Shown here: piece by piece, positions 55,901 through 64,000 of the stretch
Numbering within the stretch: the first letter of the stretch is position 1
Layout of the letters: each line of letters opens with the position of its first letter
Assembly (NCBI GenBank): GCA_964016885.1
Contig: OZ024740.1
Coordinates: 384,028,001-384,092,000 of the forward strand
Reading direction: 5' to 3'
DNA length: 64,000 nt
Source of the DNA: Eledone cirrhosa
Lineage: Eukaryota
Made by a program: the position numbers and the translations under genes
The notes under the pieces: model-generated
What the model saw: only the letters and a program-made list of their open reading frames with translations
Told to the model about the DNA's origin: nothing
Database searches by the model: none

Positions 55901-57173
55901 GTAAATATGCGTGTGCTGTATCTAATGTTTGTTTGTGTGCAGCGCTCACGCAAACTATAGAAAAGATCACCCATTATGTTGAGTTGAATTTATATTGGAG
56001 GACTGTCAGATTTATTCCAGCATTCTTCAGTTTATCATAAGCACGCAGTGTATTTTCATGTAAAAATTCAGACAATATTTTAAATGAAATTTAAAGATTC
56101 CGGAAGGTGTTATATCTGCAGTTTACTTGCAAGATCGCTTCTCATATGTTAAGTCTGTTCACACATTTAGATTTGATGCATACTGTGTTATTAACAATTG
56201 TCAGAAAGTCAACAACCTCCAAATCCTGCAATATAGGTTAATTAACTACCTTAAAAGCATAACAGCGAACTGAGAATAGTTAGCAGGTGTATTTCCGACG
56301 CTTCCAAACTATACGTTAGAATTATTAGAATACTTGTTCAATGTATTTGGAATACTGCAGTCCCGAGATGCTGATATATTGAAAACACGTCAACGTGATG
56401 TGGTACTCAATTCGATAACGTATTGAGTTATTATTCTCTATATAAGTCTATCCCATTCTTATATTCATTAATGGTTTAAGTTGGATTTCAGTCATGCTGA
56501 AGCAGCTGTATGAAGGTGGTTGATTTCAGGAAAGAATAATGCTCTAGAAACCAGGGTTATAATTATCGCGAGGAGGTCACTGTTATAATTCGACAAATTC
56601 TGCTGAGGTAAACAGCCCCCATAAAGTGAGGCGGTAGAACTAAGGTGTTCGATCTTTTGGGATTGTATGTCCTTGACTCATTCAATAATGCGCATTACTT
56701 CATTTCCACAGCCCTACATTTAACTAATCTGAAGGCTTAATACTATGATACATGAATAGAATGGCCGCATATTGCATACAATTAGTAAATAATGCATGGG
56801 AATATTTCGGCATCTCGTCATAAACAAAAGGATTTGCAAGAACTAAGCAATTACCAATAATTTCACCAACCCGACGTCATTCTTTAAAGTCTAAATACGG
56901 ATGCAGTGGAACTCAATAACATTTCAGAATTCCATCAATTTCTTTCTTCCAACATGTCCACTCATTGAGACCAAACAACATGGATTGATTGTCTAAATCA
57001 TCTAGAGAACTAACCTCAAATACCCCCCCCCCCCCCTCCGCCATGTAGAATACATTCCACCACCATTCAGATTCACATCCACGAATATAAACACATATCA
57101 ACATAGAGCAAACACACTCCAAATATATATATATATACACACACAGACACAGACAGACACACACACACACACA

Positions 57174-57264
<91 letters not shown>

Positions 57265-57727
57265 TTATTTATATGCGTGTACATACGCAACCGTTTATGT
57301 TTCATTAAATCTAGTTCTAAATTGGTTATGAATCATTCCGTCATAAATAAGAATTTAATTAGTATACACGTGCCGAATGGTACACACAAAATGCTACATG
57401 TAATGACAGCTGCTTCAAAATTTGCAGCTTCTTTACCCATATTGATATCGAATAATATTGGCTCAGTTGGCTATATTAGCAAATGCATTAAGATGGTCAA
57501 ATGGTTCGGTAATTTAAAGGAAGTTATCAATTGATCCAACATCCAAATGATATGTGGAAACTTAAAAAATATGCCAAACCTTTCTAAAATTGATGATGTA
57601 AACTTTACTTTGGTTATGTGCATTCCAAAGATTCAGGTTTGTTTCTTAATTAAACATTAGACCCTTCCCATACAAACAATATATATATATATATATATAA
57701 TGTATAATAAACAATACAATATAATTA

Positions 57728-57795
57728 CCTCATTACCAGAGGTTTCCCGAATAAGACGAATACAAGAAACGTCCTCATTCGTTCGTCGGACAAGG
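57728..57795 (-). ncRNA. Type I hammerhead, U4C core
   Basis: CCTTGT-CCGACGA-aCGAATGAGGACG..CGTCTTATTCGg-GAAACC tct GGT-A-ATGAGG. Confidence 0.75.
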
Positions 57796-58054
57796 CAATT
57801 TAAAACATAGTGAGATATTTGAAAAATCTCCTCAAGAAATGCAACGTTTAACGGGCAAAAAAATATATAAATAACAGTAATGCAAGAGATATATAAAAAT
57901 AAAATAAGGAAATATAGTTAGGGTATGTGTATAAATGTGTGTATATTCACTCACAAATGTACATATGTGTGTATGTACAAATGCATGTGTATAGTGAAAA
58001 ATGTGTGCGTAAGTACATATATGAGGGCAAGCATTCAACGGAAATTTCAATACT

Positions 58055-58096
<42 letters not shown>

Positions 58097-58134
58097 ATTA
58101 AATAAATGGAAAACTATATTTATAAAACCATATT

Positions 58135-58200
58135 TATTTCATTATATATATTTCGGGGATATCATATTAACAATATGCTATGCCTTCATCAGACAAAATA
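58135..58200 (-). ncRNA. Type I hammerhead, canonical core
   Basis: TATTTTGT-CTGATGA-aGGcATAgCATATT gtt AATATGaTATcCCc-GAAATATATATA-ATGAAATA. Confidence 0.75.
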
Positions 58201-59609
58201 CAATATAAACAGTTTTATAGACCAATAGGTTCGACATACCGTTATAACACCGACTTCATTTGAAGAGGTTTACTCTGGCTGTGAAAAAGAAGAGAAAGGG
58301 GAAATGCATGGAACAAAATAGAGAGATGGAAAGATAGATAAAGCGAAGAACTTCATGTAAAGAAACAGAAAGATATATATATATATAGAGAGAGAGGAAA
58401 TAGAGATAGATACATATATATATATATATAGAAAATTAGGTAGTGGGAGGTCATTTTGAGTAAATGTATCAATGATACGTTTATTTATTTATTTATTTAT
58501 TTAGCTCAAGTATTAATGTAAGGGAGATATATATAGAGAGAAAAAAATATAGAGAGAGGAGAGGAAAACAATAGAGAGAGGAAAAAATAGCGAGAGAAAA
58601 AAATTTAAAAGTAGCCAGATATATTCGAGGCGTAAAAATCCTATGTTTTAATGTATTAATATTTATAAAACTTACACTATATTGTAAATATCAGTATTCC
58701 TGAATGAGACAAGTATCTATAATGTGTGAAAATTAATTATCTTATGTTTAGTTTTAAAAAATTCATATGTTTATGTGACAGCTACAAACATCCATGCGAA
58801 TCTAACTGATTCACTCTGCAAAACTCTAAGTTCACGGAAAACGTTCTCAATGTGGTATAAAAATTTGAGCATACAAATATGTGTATTATTATTCATGTCA
58901 TTACTCTACCAGATTATCTATCAAGCAGAAGTAGAGAGCAGATTTCCATATACTAATAAAAATATATATCATAAACAAAACTAAAAATAAAAAGATAACA
59001 ATAATAATAATAAGTAAAAATATAGAATAGAACACTAAAAAAAATTAAAAATTAAAAATATTACGAAAGAATATTACATAATAAAAATATTATATATTAA
59101 GCATTAAAAAATATTACGTATTAAAAATTTACATATTAAAGATATTAAAAATACAATAAAAATAAAAAATAAAAATATTATAGAAAATATTATAGAATAC
59201 TACAATAATAAAAAAAATAAAAATAAAAATAAAAATAAAAATAAAAAAATACACCACAAAGATCAACCCTTCAAAGTTAATTGACAATATATTGCCAAGT
59301 TCTTTACAAGATAAAGCCAAAAATTATCCATCAAATCACATCTAGCAAAGATCATTTCAAAAAGATTATGATGTCCAATTAGGTCTATATATGTTCTTAT
59401 ATTTAATATAGAAGTTTATCTAGTGTAAGGTTTATTCAAAAATTTGGAGCATCAGCTTTTAGGGTAGCTTAATTTTTCATGAGGAATGTTTAGATAAAAA
59501 TAAAATAAAAATAAACAATAAAAAGAGAGTAAAAAGAAGGAATCAAAGATTTAGGAATCAAAAATTTATCGGCTAGTTTCCCATATAAATATAAATCAAA
59601 CTAAATATA

Positions 59610-60473
59610 CTACATTTTAAATTTAAATTTATATTTAAACGTTGAGTTTAATCTATGTTTGCAACAACTGAATAAATTTGTCCGTAGGTTAAAGGAATTT
59701 TTAGATTTTAGTATAAAGAATATCTCCTCTGCGCAGAGGTCACATGTCTCAGAGGATGAATTAAAAGGAATCCCTCTTGAGACTATATTCCAAGCCGTCG
59801 AATATCTAACGTTATCTAGCTTAAGTTGCCAGAGTACGCCTGATAGTGCCGTTGAAGATTTTTTATTTGGATCTGTGAAAGAATTTTTGTGGTTATTATA
59901 GCGAAGTTTAAATTCCGTCGATGTGGAACCGACGTAGTTAAAAGAATTAGAGTCAGTATTAACATTACAATTGTATACTATATTTTTAACTAAGCAGTTG
60001 TTATTTAACGGACATTTAGATCTATCTCTACAGTTACATTTGTTAACTTGTATATTATTTATGCTATTATCAGTGGGTTTTAAGTTCCTATTATTTATTC
60101 TATTAATATTTTGTGCTAAATTTTTAGTGGATGAGTAGGTTAATTTAATTGTATGCCTATTGAAAATTGAGTGATACCTATGTGTTCTAGGGAAGCGATT
60201 ATCAAGAGCTTTGAAAAATAATTTAGCGATGTGGGTTTTAATGTTTAGTGAGAAAGGGGGGGCAAACCAAATTATGTTCCTAGTTCTATTTCTTTTTTGT
60301 CCTTTGGAATTATTGTAATGCTTTCTATTATAGTTGTTAATGTTGTTGCCGTAATTAAAAAAGTTGTTACTTTGTTTAGTTTGTCTATCATTATCTATGT
60401 ACACAATCTTATCAGCATATCCTGCCCTAGCTAGTGCTTCATTATAGTATTGGGCCTTTTCGTCGAAAATCAA
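59610..60473 (-). pseudogene. PLE thumb, linker and GIY-YIG endonuclease (open, 5'-truncated)
   Basis: 287-aa open frame with the motifs listed for the element. Confidence 0.88.
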
Positions 60474-60896
60474 TCTATTCGACGAGATCCTATATATCTC
60501 CCTTACATTAATACTTGAGCTAAATAAATAAATAAATAAATAAACGTATCATTGATACATTTACTCAAAATGACCTCCCACTACCTAATTTTCTATATAT
60601 ATATATATATATGTATCTATCTCTATTTCCTCTCTCTCTATATATATATATCTCTTTCTGTTTCTTTACATGAAGTTCTTCGCTTTATCTATCTTTCCAT
60701 CTCTCTATTTTGTTCCATGCATTTCCTCTTTCTCTTCTTTTTCTTCCTTTTCTTCGTTTTCTGTCTTTCTTTCTGTTTTCTCTCTTTTTCTTTCTCTCTG
60801 TGTAACATTTTTTCACAGCCAGAGTAAACCTCTTCAAATGAAGTCGGTGTTATAACGGTATGTCGAACCTATTTGTCTATAAAACTGTTTATATTG

Positions 60897-60962
60897 TATT
60901 TTGTCTGATGAAGGCATAGCATATTGTTAATATGATATCCCCGAAATATATATAATGAAATA
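60897..60962 (+). ncRNA. Type I hammerhead (inverted twin of 58135-58200)
   Basis: Identical motif on the + strand. Confidence 0.75.
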
Positions 60963-61114
60963 AATATGGTTTTATAAATATAGTTTTCCATTTATTTAAT
61001 ATTGTATATATACTCCAACTATTTGTCGAGTGCTTTTATACCAGTTATAAATATTTACTAGTTGTAACCCAACAATTTTAAATATAACTTTCCATGTATA
61101 TATATATATATATA

Positions 61115-61735
61115 ATATAATTGAATATAAAAGAAAGACGAACACAGATATATACATATATGTGTTCAAATCGTAAGGGGCCAGATTCGCTAAGGTGAAA
61201 AGAATAGTAACTATAGACAATAGGGTTTGCCTGACTCAATTTAAGAATAAATCAAGAAAGTAAATACAAACCGGAATTGTGGTAACTACCAATCACCCAT
61301 ACCGCTTAAGGTACTGCTGTTTAGCGATATTAATTGGGAATAGGAAGGCCAATTCTTGCTCATGAGAGGGTGAAGAATTAATATCCTAGACACTTCTAAG
61401 TATATTAAGAAACTGAATAGTATGGGTATATATAACAACTCACATGGTATCTGAACTTAGTGCGTCTCACAGAATTACACCACTAAAAATAGCAGCCAGG
61501 TTTATTCGGCATTTGAATTAGCTCAACAAATTAACGGAGCCGAATATATCAAAGGTATATATTCTGTTCACCTTAGCGAATCTGGTCCCTTACGATTTGA
61601 ACACATATATGTATATATCTGTTCGTCTTTCTTTTATATTCAATTATAATATACGGCTCGGAAAAACTCTTTCCTAGAGGTATTTTATTGTAAGAGACTA
61701 TTTTAAGTTTCTAACTCAATATATACCTTTGATAT
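61115..61735. repeat. Non-coding element with ~90-bp inverted repeats (61115-61207 and 61560-61653)
   Basis: Direct reverse-complement match; flanked by (TA)n. Confidence 0.7.
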
Positions 61736-61743
61736 ATATATAT

Positions 61744-63522
<1,779 letters not shown>

Positions 63523-63526
63523 TATA

Positions 63527-63561
<35 letters not shown>

Positions 63562-63565
<4 letters not shown>

Positions 63566-64000
63566 AAGTATGACCACGACGGCAGAGCTCAAGCCGTTTC
63601 GACGGCTATTTCTGGACTGAAATAGCCGTGGAAACGGCCTGAGCCCCGCCGTCGGGGTCATGCTTTTTAACAAACCAGATTCCTCAATACTTAGTGTAGT
63701 AGAGCGAGTAATAGGAAAATGCATGACCCCGACGGCAGAGCTCAAGCCGTTTCGACGGCTATTTCTGGACTAAATTAGAATGTTTAGCCTGGTGAATATA
63801 TAGCCGAACTTGTCAAGGGGCACTTCCTTATATGGGAAGATTATAGTTGTCAAGAGGATTCGTCAAAATTTGTTGTAAACACAAATAAGTCTATCATGGC
63901 ATTTGGTGGGAGGTATGGGTAGCTGAACTTGGCTGTAGAACAATGAGTGAGTGCGTGGAGCCGGTCAAGCGTTGAAAAGTGATATGTATAAAGCAGATTC
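63562..64000 (-). mobile_element. pLTR cluster: palindrome plus a longer copy containing the complete ribozyme
   Basis: Same family as 8323-8518. Confidence 0.75.
63727..63820 (-). ncRNA. Type I hammerhead, U3-A8 compensatory core (UUGACAA)
   Basis: CCCC-TTGACAA-GttCGGCTAT..ATAGCCGtC-GAA-ACGGC ttgagctct GCCGT-C-GGGG. Confidence 0.75.

Larger units (their letters stand above)
58090..61096 (-). mobile_element. 5'-truncated PLE with long inverted pLTRs (58090-58535 and 60490-61012) plus tail
   Basis: ORF 59610-60473: IIWFAPPFS, CNCRDRSKCPL..CL, IVY..YVG, CDLC. Confidence 0.9.

Overview
Eukaryotic, very AT-rich, gene-poor animal DNA, made almost entirely of nested retroelements separated by (TA)n/(CA)n/(GA)n microsatellites. 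The SINE types and microsatellite load suggest a cephalopod such as Octopus (inference). I found no convincing host protein-coding gene; most long ORFs in the track are microsatellite artefacts. Contents: (i) about 10 Penelope-like elements (PLEs: reverse transcriptase plus C-terminal GIY-YIG endonuclease) from several families, nearly all decayed; (ii) a near-intact 4.7-kb CR1-group LINE with an unusual Myb/SANT + tandem CCCH ORF1 and a candidate -1 frameshift into ORF2; (iii) RTE fragments; (iv) tRNA-derived SINEs. The main signal not shown by the ORF track is about 20 type I hammerhead ribozyme (HHR) motifs, read by eye, at PLE termini (pLTRs). Many carry recurrent non-canonical cores (U4C, U4A, compensatory U3-A8, A9U) or very long stem II inserts. 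There is also a 467-bp tandem HHR-bearing unit resembling a non-LTR retrozyme, joined by microhomology to a PLE. Insertions repeatedly end in (TA)n and carry an inverted, tail-bearing pLTR. All structures were assigned manually and were not computed.
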